Shown here one piece after another: positions 1 to 10,277 of a DNA stretch of 64,000 nt (position 1 is its first letter; every line of letters starts with the position of its first letter). A model generated the notes under the pieces. That model had not been told where the DNA came from. It saw only the letters and a list, made by a program, of their open reading frames with translations, and did no database searches. The position numbers and the translations under genes were made by a program. This DNA is from a virus: positions 32,444 to 96,443 of the IMG/VR virus record IMGVR_UViG_3300049893_001613. One strand, 5' to 3'.

Positions 1-1
1 G

Positions 2-517
2 GTGTATTGGGAACGTTACAGAGATACTTACTATCCAAATAGCTTTATTTTCGTAAGTTCCTCAAATGCCGGTACAATCCGGATCCAGGGCACAGGGTTA
101 ACGACTTCATCTGTAGCTATGACTCAAACTACGTATACAACGTACAACAGAGCTTTAATCAGTGCAATGCCAAGTAAAGAAGTCAAGTTGGCTTCTGTAA
201 AAACTCAGGAAGAAGATACTCTGTATTCTTCACTGCAGCAAAACAGCTTCTACAATACTCGACAAGCTGAAGTCATAATGGACCAGACTTTCGATTATTT
301 CGTATTTTACAGAGACGAAAGCTTCATAATAACTAGAGCGTACATGGACTACATTAGGAAGCCTCGTACAATTAGTTTACTTTTGAAGCAAGATTGTGAG
401 TTGGCTCCAAGCGTACACCATAAAATAGTGGACCTGGCGGTAGAAATACTGAGACTTGATACAAAAGATCAGGCATACCCGCAAACAGTCCAAGATACTC
501 AATTAAGAACCTTTTAA
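2..517 (+). CDS. crAss-like head/tail ring (connector-region) structural protein, 5' partial
   Basis: ORF is open at the window edge. The C-terminal motif YIRKP..ISL....CEL...VHHKIVDLAVE resembles the conserved crAss-like gene that follows the major capsid gene. Confidence 0.6.
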   Translation: MYWERYRDTYYPNSFIFVSSSNAGTIRIQGTGLTTSSVAMTQTTYTTYNRALISAMPSKEVKLASVKTQEEDTLYSSLQQNSFYNTRQAEVIMDQTFDYFVFYRDESFIITRAYMDYIRKPRTISLLLKQDCELAPSVHHKIVDLAVEILRLDTKDQAYPQTVQDTQLRTF

Positions 518-533
518 CTCGTAATAAACCAAC

Positions 534-1745
534 ATGAGCCGTTATTCAAAAAACCTTTCAGGTGTAAGTACAAAAGTCATGGTAGGAACAGCAACCTACA
601 CAGATGACACAACCTTTGCTGCATTCGTTGCGAACGCACCAGATGGTGAAATGGGTGTCTTCTTAGACACCGGAGCAGTAAGAACTGCTGCATTAACCTC
701 AGCTGTAAACAAATTCTTCATTGCCCAGAAGCGTGACGGATTCGTAAACAAAACTCCTATCTTAGACTTCAACGACATCGTTCGTAAAGTTCAGGTAGAC
801 TACGTAGCACCTGTGAAGCAAATATCCTACATTGGATACATTGGCTCAGGATCATTAGATCTTGGATTCAACTTCGCTTCTGCTACATCAACAAACACAT
901 TAACTTACGGTATCACTTGCCGTGAGACAACTCCGGGTAACCAACCATTCCCGGTACAAGAAGGATACGCTACAGTAAACAGCTCAACAGCTGACGAATA
1001 TACTGTACTTGCGTCTATCGTATCTCAGCTGAATGGTGACTTTGATTATCAAAGAACAATGCCAGATCGTTTCGTAAAAGCAGAAATCGTTTCTAACGGT
1101 GCTCTTACTGAACTAACTGCAAACCCAACCTTAACCAACGGTTCAGTTACAGTAACATTTTCTGCTAACCAAACTATTGCAACAGGTACATTACTTTCCT
1201 TTCAAGGAATAATTTACAAAGTAGCAGTGGGAGTTACAGCAGGTACAAGTTTAACGCTTGACCGCCCTTACCAGGGAGCTACTGAAACTATTGACGTGTC
1301 AGCTACTGTTGACCTTGCAGCTTCTATGGCATACACTTCAGGAACCAACAAATTTGGTGTTAAGTTAACCGCACTTGAGTACGAAACTCACTTCAAAGTA
1401 ATTGGAGCTGCAGGTAACTCACTTGATACAGTAACTTTGTCAACAGCATGGAAACTTGGCTCAGGAGCTGGTACTCAAATTGCAGAACTTGAAGCAACAG
1501 AAGGCGCAATCTTCGATGGTGTTGGTGGAACATTAAACGCTCCATTCAAAGCAGACTACGGTCAGCCTGAATTGATTGCAAGTACTTCAGGTACATATCA
1601 TCAGATCTTCTTAGATCTTGCAGTGAAGAACGTTCCAAGCGCTGACCCTGTTCACGCAGAACAAAAACAAATGCAAAGAATTCTAATTGCTGCACCAAGC
1701 TCAGGTACACTTGAATCTACTTTAGGTACAGTATTCGGGGTATAA
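534..1745 (+). CDS. crAss-like abundant structural protein (auxiliary capsid/gene-74-like)
   Basis: 403 aa, Ala/Thr/Gly-rich, with codon usage typical of highly expressed genes. Followed by a strong terminator and located in the capsid block. Confidence 0.6.
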   Translation: MSRYSKNLSGVSTKVMVGTATYTDDTTFAAFVANAPDGEMGVFLDTGAVRTAALTSAVNKFFIAQKRDGFVNKTPILDFNDIVRKVQVDYVAPVKQISYIGYIGSGSLDLGFNFASATSTNTLTYGITCRETTPGNQPFPVQEGYATVNSSTADEYTVLASIVSQLNGDFDYQRTMPDRFVKAEIVSNGALTELTANPTLTNGSVTVTFSANQTIATGTLLSFQGIIYKVAVGVTAGTSLTLDRPYQGATETIDVSATVDLAASMAYTSGTNKFGVKLTALEYETHFKVIGAAGNSLDTVTLSTAWKLGSGAGTQIAELEATEGAIFDGVGGTLNAPFKADYGQPELIASTSGTYHQIFLDLAVKNVPSADPVHAEQKQMQRILIAAPSSGTLESTLGTVFGV

Positions 1746-1763
1746 TTTTATTCTGACATAATA

Positions 1764-1808
1764 AAACCCTTGTAGTAGAGCACAATGCTATTACAAGGGT
1801 TTATTTTT
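1764..1808 (+). terminator. Rho-independent terminator
   Basis: 15-bp stem AAACCCTTGTAGTAG/CTATTACAAGGGTTT (one G-U pair) followed by ATTTTT, directly after the 403-aa gene. Confidence 0.8.
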
Positions 1809-1821
1809 AAATGACACTGAA

Positions 1822-2532
1822 ATGGCACTTACTGCAGATTTAGTTAGACAAACAATTACCGCCCCGGGAACAACTAGTATCTGGGACGATGAAACAATAT
1901 ACAATACTGGAGGTAATCCTGCTCGTAACGAAGTAGCTCTTTACCTAACAGCTTATAAAGTTGATGAGGATCTAGTTGAGACTGCATTAGATGTCACAGC
2001 GTTTGATCCTGAAGTAGTTACAAGCTTCACAACAACCAATGACATTGACGGCTGGCACAAGTACTATTTTGTAATAGTAGACAACTGGGACGCCCTTGTT
2101 ACTTACAACAAATACGATGTAGTTTGGGATACAACTGAAAACGCGTTCTTCCAATACATCAATGATACTCCGGCCGATACTAACCCGGTTTCTGACGCTA
2201 ATTACTGGGAGTCTGTAGCAGATCCATGTGCTTTGATCGCGAACGTAGGCACCGCTACAGAATCCGGTAATCTTATTTACCAGGTGATTAACAAGATCGT
2301 ATCTTTTCAGACTTCTATCTGTTACATTAAAGCAGCTTCAAAACACGCTAAACAAAACTGTGCAGGAGCTGATTGCGGTTGTGGTTCTAAAATAGGGAGA
2401 ATCTTTCATAAACTGAGAGATCTCTTCAACAGCTTACCTCTTAATGAATCTCAGGGCCAGTTCCTGGAAGGGGAAAGAAACGCAAGGTTAGCCGAGAAAT
2501 GGTGTGACGATTGCGAACATTTACAAGAATAA
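1822..2532 (+). CDS. structural protein (crAss-like tail/ring-associated) with an internal CBM-like segment
   Basis: 236 aa. Contains a WDALVTYNKYDVVW...YWE carbohydrate-binding-like segment and a Cys-rich C-terminus (CAGADCGC, WCDDC). Confidence 0.5.
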   Translation: MALTADLVRQTITAPGTTSIWDDETIYNTGGNPARNEVALYLTAYKVDEDLVETALDVTAFDPEVVTSFTTTNDIDGWHKYYFVIVDNWDALVTYNKYDVVWDTTENAFFQYINDTPADTNPVSDANYWESVADPCALIANVGTATESGNLIYQVINKIVSFQTSICYIKAASKHAKQNCAGADCGCGSKIGRIFHKLRDLFNSLPLNESQGQFLEGERNARLAEKWCDDCEHLQE

Positions 2533-2545
2533 CCTTTAAGTAAAC

Positions 2546-4150
2546 ATGATTGATGTAAGAAAAGACAGTATCATCTACCAATCACAAGTTTACTACACGG
2601 ACCTGATTAACGAGCTCGTAGAAAAAAGGAAAGTTGGTAAAGCGAATGAGAAGAGTTGGGAGAAAGCAGATACCATTTCTGGTTATCTCGATGCTCTTAA
2701 CTACATAGATGTATTAGAAGATGACGATGACATCACGAATGTAAATTACATTCTTGAGTGTCTTATTATTCTTTGTGAGCTTAACCAATATCCGGTATCA
2801 GCTCCAATAGAATTCCAAGCTCCTCCAGCAGTATTAGTTGGTGTACAGGGAGAACCTGGTACAAGCGTTACTGGTCCTCAGGGCCCAGCAGGTCTCGCCA
2901 CAGACTTCCAGGTAAGTTTAGTAACAACACCTACTGTAGTTGATTCTTTTGACCTTGTAGATGCCAAAGGAGCTCGCTGGGATTACGTTATCCTTAGTGA
3001 TGATGGTTATCAGCGTGCAGGTAGTGTAATAGGTACCTGGCTTGATGACGGTTCAGACCTGGCTTGGTTTGACACCTCCACAGGTGACATTGCAGGAGAT
3101 ACAGACCCTCTGTCATTCTCCGTAGAATTCCTAATTGATGAAATAAGATTAGTAGCTACTCCAGCTTCAGGAACATGGACAGTAATAGGTACCCGATACT
3201 TCATACCAAATAACGGTAATGGTTCAGGTCCTATAGGAGATGTTCTTGCAAATGGTAAAGTATACATTGGTAATGCTTCCAACGTAGCAACTGCACAAAC
3301 AATCTCAGGTGATATTACAATCACTAATGTTGGAGTTGCTACCATTGCTAACAGTGCTGTCACAAATGTGAAAGTAGATGCAGCTGCAGGAATAGAATTA
3401 ACCAAGCTTGAAGCTCTCGTAGGAGGATATGTTACAGTAACAGACATCTCAGGATTTATCTCTGAAAGTATTGTTACTACAGCAGAATTAGAATCACTAT
3501 CTGGAATAGCCGGTAATGTACAAGACGAACTTGATTTAAAGATTACAGATCCTACTACAACAGTAGGTGATATCATTATCCGCGATGCTGGTAATAACCT
3601 TACCAGATTAGGAATAGGTACTGCGGGACAGGTTCTTACAGTTGCTGGAGGTGCCCCTTCATGGGCAGCAGTTCCAGGTGGTATAACCGGGTTGACAACT
3701 CACTACTTACCAAAAGCTACTTCCGCTACTACAATAGGAAACAGCTTACTTGTTGAAACAGGTTCAGCAATTTCTACTACTGGTACACTTGAAGCTCAGT
3801 CTGGTATGCGTACAGCATCTACCGGACCTTACTTAAGAACAAAAGTAATCGATATAGATGAGTGGGATATGGATAGTATCCTATATAACCCTCACTCAGT
3901 CTCTCATGGGTTGGATTATACTAAGATCCGCTCCATCTCAGTAATCGTAAGAGCTGATTCAAACGTACCAAACGTACCTCATTATGACCTAACCTATGCT
4001 GACACAAGCGGTGTGGCCCAAGGTAGATTTACGTATGGAAGTACTTCAGTATTCTTATACCGTACTACAGGAGGTACTTTTGATAGTACAGACTTTAATG
4101 ATAATACCTCTTACAACAGAGGTTGGATAACAATAGTTTACGAGGCATAA
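2546..4150 (+). CDS. tail fibre/spike protein with a short collagen-like segment
   Basis: G-x-y run GVQGEPGTSVTGPQGPAG. Fibre motifs YIGNASNVATAQTISGD and RLGIGTAGQVL. Confidence 0.7.
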   Translation: MIDVRKDSIIYQSQVYYTDLINELVEKRKVGKANEKSWEKADTISGYLDALNYIDVLEDDDDITNVNYILECLIILCELNQYPVSAPIEFQAPPAVLVGVQGEPGTSVTGPQGPAGLATDFQVSLVTTPTVVDSFDLVDAKGARWDYVILSDDGYQRAGSVIGTWLDDGSDLAWFDTSTGDIAGDTDPLSFSVEFLIDEIRLVATPASGTWTVIGTRYFIPNNGNGSGPIGDVLANGKVYIGNASNVATAQTISGDITITNVGVATIANSAVTNVKVDAAAGIELTKLEALVGGYVTVTDISGFISESIVTTAELESLSGIAGNVQDELDLKITDPTTTVGDIIIRDAGNNLTRLGIGTAGQVLTVAGGAPSWAAVPGGITGLTTHYLPKATSATTIGNSLLVETGSAISTTGTLEAQSGMRTASTGPYLRTKVIDIDEWDMDSILYNPHSVSHGLDYTKIRSISVIVRADSNVPNVPHYDLTYADTSGVAQGRFTYGSTSVFLYRTTGGTFDSTDFNDNTSYNRGWITIVYEA

Positions 4151-6543
4151 TGGCAAACGATATAGTAATTAGAGGTGGTATAAAAGTAGTCAGTAACCTT
4201 GCCTTAGGTACAGGAGATGATTTACTTACAAGAAACTCAACTACAAAAGAAGTTGGGTACGTACCTGCTATCGATGATAGTAACTTCTTAACCACTGCTT
4301 TACCAAGTACATATGTAATTGTAGGTAATGCTTCAAATATAGCTACAGCAGTCCAGATGACCGGTGATGTTACAATCACTGACTTAGGAGTAACTTCTAT
4401 TGCAGCTAATGTTATTACAAACAACAACATTAACTCAGCGGCTGCGATTCAATATTCAAAACTGAATCTCACAGCTGGTATTCTTAACAGTGATATATCA
4501 AACGCTGCAGCTATTACAAGAACAAAGCTTGCAGACGGTAACCCTGATGTGTTGTTAATCAACAACAGTTTAGGTGAGATATCAGAAGCTACTGCTATTA
4601 CACCTAATATGGTGTTAGTATCTGATCCAGACGGTATTCCAGTGGCAAGTGGGGTGTCTTCAACTGTAATAGAATTTCTTGATATTAGTTCGTCACTACA
4701 AACTACTTTGGATGACAAACTTCAATTTGATTCAGCAATAACTCCCGCAGAAGGAGATATTATAGTATACAGTTCAGGAGCATGGACCGCATTAAACGTT
4801 GGAGCAGAAGGTGAAGTTCTTGCTATTACATCCGGTGTACCAGCTTGGACTACAGGTACTTCAAATGGTCTTCCTTCTGGAGGAACTGCAGCCCAGATCT
4901 TAACTAAGATAGATGGAGTAGACTACAATACTCAATGGGTGGATTTAACTCTGTCTCTGATAACAGATGTAACAGCCAGCGCTGCAGAAGTAAATCTTCT
5001 TGATGGGGCTACTTTCACAGCAGCTGAATTAAATTTCATTACCGGAGCTTCATCAAATCTACAAGCTCAGTTAAATAACAAACTAGCAGCTACGTTGCCA
5101 CACAACGCTATGTTTGTTGGTAATACTTCAAATGTGCCAGCAGCATTATCTGGAGGTACAAACGGACAGGTACTACAGATTGTTGGTGGAACTCCTGTGT
5201 GGCAGACAATTACTGGTACTGGTACTGTAACATCTATCGATGTATCCGGTGGTACAACAGGTCTTTCCTTTACTGGTGGCCCTATATCTACTTCTGGTAC
5301 TATAACACTAAGCGGTACATTAGATGCTGATAATGGTGGTACAGGACAGTCATCTTACACAATTGGTGACATCTTATATGCAAGTACAACAACCGCATTA
5401 AGTAAACTTGGAATTGGAACCGCAGGTCAAGTACTACAAATGTCCGGTGGTCTTCCTACATGGCAGACAATCACTACAATTACTGACGGTGACAAAGGAG
5501 ATGTTACAATTTCTGGAACCGGTACCGTGTATACAGTAGATGTTGATATTGCTAAGGCATGGACCGGAGCACAATCATGGAGAGATAACAACTGGAGCTT
5601 ACTGGATAACTCAGATACTTCTAAGATCTTAAACTTCCAGTTATCTTCAATCACAACGGCTACAACCCGTACACTAACAATTCCAGACCAGAATGGTACT
5701 ATTGCAGTACTTACTGACCTGAGACAAAACATTGTCTACACTTCAAAAACAGCTCATGGATTTGTAGTAGAAGACGCAGTAAAAGTAGGAACTACAGCAA
5801 CAGATTGGAGTTTAGTTGATGGTACTGTAGATACTCAGGAAGACTTCCGTGGTATAGTTGTAGAAGTAATAGATGCTGACAACTTTGTAGTAGCCCTACC
5901 AGGATCCCGGGTAACTGGCTTATCCGGATTAACCCCTGGAGCTACTTACTACGCTCAGTCTGATGGTAGTTTAAACACTTCTGTAACACTTGTAAAAGTG
6001 TTATATGCAGATACTGCTACAACCGGTTACATGTTCGCTGGCGGGGGTTCGGGGGCTGGAGGCCACACAATCCAGTGGGACGATTATAGCTTCGCAGCAA
6101 GAACAAATTTAAACTTTGTAGGAAATTATGTAGAAGTTACGGATGATGCTGGTAATGATCAAACAGATGTAGAAATTATAGCCAGAGGTCAAGTAGGTGC
6201 TAACTTTGATGGTCAGGGTTCAGTAGTTCTTGTTAATAGCAGAACTTACTTTAGAACACCAAGAGCTGGTTCAATTTCAGCCTGGTCAATTGTCGCTGAA
6301 GGAACGTCTCCTACATGTACAATAGATATTTGGAAAGTAGCTACGGGTACAACGCTACCTACAGTAGCAAATACAATAATGGGTACTAAACCAGCCCTTG
6401 CAACAGGTAACGCACTTCGTTCAACAACCTTCACAGGTTGGAGCACAACAACATTTGCAGCTAATGATATCTGGTGTATAAACATCGATGCCTGTTCAGC
6501 AGCAACCAAAATAAGCTTTTATTTAGAAGTAACATTTGATTAA
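4150..6543 (+). CDS. tail fibre protein
   Basis: Likely start ATG at 4150 overlaps the upstream TAA. Repeated G(T/A)xGQVL..GG.P.W fibre units; Thr/Gly-rich. Confidence 0.7.
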   Translation: MANDIVIRGGIKVVSNLALGTGDDLLTRNSTTKEVGYVPAIDDSNFLTTALPSTYVIVGNASNIATAVQMTGDVTITDLGVTSIAANVITNNNINSAAAIQYSKLNLTAGILNSDISNAAAITRTKLADGNPDVLLINNSLGEISEATAITPNMVLVSDPDGIPVASGVSSTVIEFLDISSSLQTTLDDKLQFDSAITPAEGDIIVYSSGAWTALNVGAEGEVLAITSGVPAWTTGTSNGLPSGGTAAQILTKIDGVDYNTQWVDLTLSLITDVTASAAEVNLLDGATFTAAELNFITGASSNLQAQLNNKLAATLPHNAMFVGNTSNVPAALSGGTNGQVLQIVGGTPVWQTITGTGTVTSIDVSGGTTGLSFTGGPISTSGTITLSGTLDADNGGTGQSSYTIGDILYASTTTALSKLGIGTAGQVLQMSGGLPTWQTITTITDGDKGDVTISGTGTVYTVDVDIAKAWTGAQSWRDNNWSLLDNSDTSKILNFQLSSITTATTRTLTIPDQNGTIAVLTDLRQNIVYTSKTAHGFVVEDAVKVGTTATDWSLVDGTVDTQEDFRGIVVEVIDADNFVVALPGSRVTGLSGLTPGATYYAQSDGSLNTSVTLVKVLYADTATTGYMFAGGGSGAGGHTIQWDDYSFAARTNLNFVGNYVEVTDDAGNDQTDVEIIARGQVGANFDGQGSVVLVNSRTYFRTPRAGSISAWSIVAEGTSPTCTIDIWKVATGTTLPTVANTIMGTKPALATGNALRSTTFTGWSTTTFAANDIWCINIDACSAATKISFYLEVTFD

Positions 6544-6548
6544 CAACT

Positions 6549-6695
6549 ATGAAACCACTATTTTGCCCAGTTTGTCACAAACCGGTTGAAGTACCTGAGT
6601 TCGTGAAAGAAAACCAACATTCTATTAAAACAGAAAAAGGAGTTAAAGTAGAGTGTCCTCATTGTAAACGAGGAAAAGTAAAGTATGCACCATGA
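6549..6695 (+). CDS. 48-aa zinc-ribbon protein (not in ORF track)
   Basis: MKPLFCPVCHKPVEVPEFVKENQHSIKTEKGVKVECPHCKRGKVKYAP*. Two CxxC pairs; fills the intergenic gap and its stop overlaps the next ATG (ATGA). Confidence 0.75.
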   Translation: MKPLFCPVCHKPVEVPEFVKENQHSIKTEKGVKVECPHCKRGKVKYAP

Positions 6696-7276
6696 TAGTA
6701 CAATTCGAAATATTAGATACTGAAGCTAACAGAATACTGGCAGTATTACCTTCTATTGGGTTTGTTTATGATGCTGCTTCTGCAGTATCAGAAACTCAAC
6801 AGAAGTGGGATTTCTTCGTGCAAAAAACACTTGATGGTTGGGATAGCGAGGTATTCAATTACGAAAGGTCTTTAGCTATTGCTGATGAGCCTAATGACAC
6901 AGCAGCAGAACAAGCAACCAGATACGTGATGGTGAAAGATACTATTAGACACGATCATGAAAAAGACTGGGTTGCTAATGAAGAATTAAAGATAGGACAA
7001 GTAAGACTTTCAGCTGGTAAACGGTATATAGTAGTACAAGATCACACAACACAAGTTGGGTGGGAGCCTGCTAATGTACCAGCTTTGTTTGTTGAGAAAC
7101 CACTTCCAAATGATGGTGAATTATATCCTGACTGGATACAACCAACAGGAGCACACGATGCATATAAGATAGGGGACAAAGTACACTATGTACCAACAGA
7201 TAAGAACTACGAGAGTTTAATAAATGCAAACGTATGGAGTCCGGAGGTTTACCCTGCTGGATGGAAAGAAATTTAA
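6692..7276 (+). CDS. protein with tandem CBM5/12-like (chitin-binding type) carbohydrate-binding modules
   Basis: W...(Y/L)KIG..V....Y...Q.H....WEP..VPAL and WIQPTGAHDAYKIGDKVHY...YESLINANVWSP.VYPAGW motifs. Confidence 0.75.
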   Translation: MIVQFEILDTEANRILAVLPSIGFVYDAASAVSETQQKWDFFVQKTLDGWDSEVFNYERSLAIADEPNDTAAEQATRYVMVKDTIRHDHEKDWVANEELKIGQVRLSAGKRYIVVQDHTTQVGWEPANVPALFVEKPLPNDGELYPDWIQPTGAHDAYKIGDKVHYVPTDKNYESLINANVWSPEVYPAGWKEI

Positions 7277-7279
7277 ACT

Positions 7280-8458
7280 ATGGCAGCAAGATATTGGGTA
7301 GGTGGAGGATCATCAGCAAACTGGAATGCAACTGGTAATACAAACTGGTCTGCAACTTCAGGAGGTGCTGGAAATGCGTCTGTACCAGGCGCTAGTGATG
7401 ATGTTTACTTTGATGGGGCTGGTGCTAGTGGAAATACAGCTAGCACGGTGAGCGTTGGACTTACAATAAACACGCTAACATTTACAGCAGGTTATACAGT
7501 GAATGTCACTTGTAATGGGTCAATTCAAATTCAAGGAACCGTATTTACAGACAACTCAGCACACGGGTGGTCTGGCACTGGAAATATTCAATTTCTTGGT
7601 AGTATAACTGTAACTAGTAATGGAAAAATAATGCCATTACCGATTTTCTTGTCTACTCCAACTGGTACCCACACTATAACATTAGTTGGAGATTGGACAT
7701 TAACTGGAAATTTTGCCATTGGTTCATTAGGAACTAAAATACTAAATAAAACTACCACTGAAGTTTTGTACTTAGGTAACGGTCTAAACGGAACAGGGGG
7801 AGCAAGTGGTACGTTAGATATAGTACTAACGGGCGGGACTTGGAACGGAAGTGGTGCAATACTAGGGTGTAATTTAACATTACAAGGAAACATAACAGCA
7901 TCTTCAACAATAGGTTTTGGCGGAGGTAAAACATTACTTTATTCTTCTGGAACTATTACTACTACAGGTTCTACTATGACCCTGACTAGTTGTACTATAA
8001 ACACACCAGGAATTACCTGGAATACATTACAAGTAGCTTCTCCAAACCAAACCTTTACTCTATCCGCTTTATTACAAGCGACTAGATTTCAAAATAATGG
8101 AGATGGAGCCGCAGGTGTTATCTTTACTGGAACCTATGGGTTTACTGTTGCTACTTTTTCCTGGACTGTTCCTTCAGCAGCGACTATAAGTTTTAAAGAG
8201 AGTCTGACATACACAGTAACAACGTCTCTATCTTGTTTTTCAAGCAGAGTAGGAAGTATTATAGTTTTTACGTCTGCTCATGCTTCAACCAAAGCAATTA
8301 TAACTCTACAGAACGGAGCGTCATGTAATTGTCTTGCATCTTTTACAAGAATAGACGCGAGTGGAGGCAGGCCGATAAGAACATTTTTTGGAACAATAAC
8401 AGATTGTGTTAACATCGAAAGATGTGATGATTTATTCACAGTAGCATCAGCAGCGTAA
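7280..8458 (+). CDS. beta-helix adhesin / receptor-binding-like protein, paralog 1
   Basis: N-terminal RYWVGGG..NW..TxNWS..SGG...SVP...DDVYFD motif, G/T/S-rich beta repeats, and a C-terminus shared with the next gene. Confidence 0.65.
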   Translation: MAARYWVGGGSSANWNATGNTNWSATSGGAGNASVPGASDDVYFDGAGASGNTASTVSVGLTINTLTFTAGYTVNVTCNGSIQIQGTVFTDNSAHGWSGTGNIQFLGSITVTSNGKIMPLPIFLSTPTGTHTITLVGDWTLTGNFAIGSLGTKILNKTTTEVLYLGNGLNGTGGASGTLDIVLTGGTWNGSGAILGCNLTLQGNITASSTIGFGGGKTLLYSSGTITTTGSTMTLTSCTINTPGITWNTLQVASPNQTFTLSALLQATRFQNNGDGAAGVIFTGTYGFTVATFSWTVPSAATISFKESLTYTVTTSLSCFSSRVGSIIVFTSAHASTKAIITLQNGASCNCLASFTRIDASGGRPIRTFFGTITDCVNIERCDDLFTVASAA

Positions 8459-8461
8459 GAT

Positions 8462-9601
8462 ATGGCCATAAATAGATTTACAAACGCAGCAGGAGGTAAC
8501 ACTTGGGGAACAGCGGGTAACTGGTCACAAGGAACTGTACCTACAGCTAATGATGGTCATGTAACTACATTTGACGCCACATCCCCCAACTGTACTGTAA
8601 ACGCAAGCAACAGAGTTTGTAATAATATTGATTTCACTGGTTATACTAACACTATAACTATGACATTTATAATTACTGTATCTGGTAATATTACTTTCAG
8701 TTCAGGAATGATTGTAGCTGGTAGTGCTGTAATGCAAGTAAATGCTACATCAACAATGTCTGGTACTGGATGGACTAACGGTTTTACTGTTTCAGCAACT
8801 TGTACAATTACATTATCATCAAATGTTACGATAACGGGAACATTTACAGTTAATTTAAACGTAACAGCAACGGTAAACTGGACAACATCAGAGATACTAA
8901 GAATAGGTGGATTAACTCAATCTGGGTTAAATGCTGTACTTGGAGGCACAGCAGAAGTTAGATTAACAGGAGGAACATGGGTATGCTCTACATCTGGCGG
9001 TGTAATTGGTAGTAGAACTTTTGGTTTTGATGGCGCTGTTACAATTAACGGAACTTGTAATTTACCAAACGGATTTACTGGTACATTAAAATGGTATAGT
9101 GGCACATTACTTGTTTCAGGTTCAACAGTTCAAATTTCAGATTCTTGTACTATAGATTTTGCTGGCGGTATTCTCGGTGGAGTAACTTTTTCGGGAAGCT
9201 CTAAAACATTTACCATTAATTCATTACTTACTTGTGCCACAATAACTTTTGGAGGCACAACATCAAACATTATTGCAGGTACAGCAGGGTTTACTTGTGA
9301 TACATTAAATTGTACTCAAGTAACAACACATACTGTTACACTAAAAGAGGCTATAACCTATACCATAACAACTGCATTTAATTGCTATACATCAAGAGTT
9401 GGAGCAAGTGTTTTATTCACCTCTGCTCACGCATCAACAAAAGCAATTTTAACTTTAGTAAATCCATCATCATGCAATGTGCTGGCAAATTTTACCCGTA
9501 TAGACGCAAGTGGGGGTAGGACTATTAACACCTTCAACGGAACATTGACCGATTGTACGAACGTAAGGAGTTTTCATGACAGACAAACAGCCAACATATG
9601 A
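8462..9601 (+). CDS. beta-helix adhesin / receptor-binding-like protein, paralog 2
   Basis: W..AGNWS...VPT..D motif. C-terminal FTSAHASTKAI.TL....SCN.LA.FTRIDASGGR is shared with 7280..8458. Confidence 0.65.
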   Translation: MAINRFTNAAGGNTWGTAGNWSQGTVPTANDGHVTTFDATSPNCTVNASNRVCNNIDFTGYTNTITMTFIITVSGNITFSSGMIVAGSAVMQVNATSTMSGTGWTNGFTVSATCTITLSSNVTITGTFTVNLNVTATVNWTTSEILRIGGLTQSGLNAVLGGTAEVRLTGGTWVCSTSGGVIGSRTFGFDGAVTINGTCNLPNGFTGTLKWYSGTLLVSGSTVQISDSCTIDFAGGILGGVTFSGSSKTFTINSLLTCATITFGGTTSNIIAGTAGFTCDTLNCTQVTTHTVTLKEAITYTITTAFNCYTSRVGASVLFTSAHASTKAILTLVNPSSCNVLANFTRIDASGGRTINTFNGTLTDCTNVRSFHDRQTANI

Positions 9602-9963
9602 TACTTTGGTTAATTTACATACTACTTGACGCTGGGTTTAACTGGTGGTTAATTGAAAAGAAGAAGACGGAACCAGATTACCTCTGGTTAACAATTGGCC
9701 GGTGGTTCTTCATGATCCTTACCGGTATCAGTGTACCCATTGAGGATGAAGCAGGATTAGGTCTTTGGGTATTATATACTTCTACAAGCTTCTGGATTTT
9801 CTTTGACCTGTTAATTAACTGGTTCCGGAAAAAACCAGTCTTCTATCGCGGAGAAAACAGTAAGATTGACCAGTTTGGTAACAAGTTCCCAATTCCTTAC
9901 TTTATACTCAAACTGGCAGCTTTGGGAGGGATGGCTGTAGCAATAATAAATTTACTCAAATAA
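9598..9963 (+). CDS. small multi-pass membrane protein
   Basis: 121 aa with about 4 hydrophobic segments. Confidence 0.6.
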   Translation: MILWLIYILLDAGFNWWLIEKKKTEPDYLWLTIGRWFFMILTGISVPIEDEAGLGLWVLYTSTSFWIFFDLLINWFRKKPVFYRGENSKIDQFGNKFPIPYFILKLAALGGMAVAIINLLK

Positions 9964-9994
9964 TTGCAAGATTCGGTAATAAGCTCTATATTGC
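9964..9994 (+). promoter_or_regulatory. putative Bacteroidota sigma-70-type promoter
   Basis: TTG at 9964 and TATATTGC at 9987-9994 resemble the -33 TTG and -7 TAnnTTTG consensus; lies in an intergenic gap. Confidence 0.4.
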
Positions 9995-10013
9995 GGGCTA
10001 ATTTCAATAAACT

Positions 10014-10277
10014 ATGGAAAACACTATTAAATTAAGACCTCTACAGTTAGAACAACTAAGTAAGATCAGAGCTCAAAGAACACAACTGACAAAGACCCTC
10101 CAGGAAGCCGACCAGAGAGAAAAGGACTTATTGGCCTTATTCTTTGAAGAAGCTGGAATTAAAGGAAATATAGGTGGTGTAGCCTTAAACGGTGACACCC
10201 TGAGTTTTACAGTACAGGTTCCGGAAGCAAAGCCAGTAAAAAAGTTAAAAGAGAAGAAAATTAAAGAGGTTGTCTAA
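10014..10277 (+). CDS. hypothetical coiled-coil protein
   Basis: 87 aa, heptad pattern, Lys-rich tail. Confidence 0.6.
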   Translation: MENTIKLRPLQLEQLSKIRAQRTQLTKTLQEADQREKDLLALFFEEAGIKGNIGGVALNGDTLSFTVQVPEAKPVKKLKEKKIKEVV

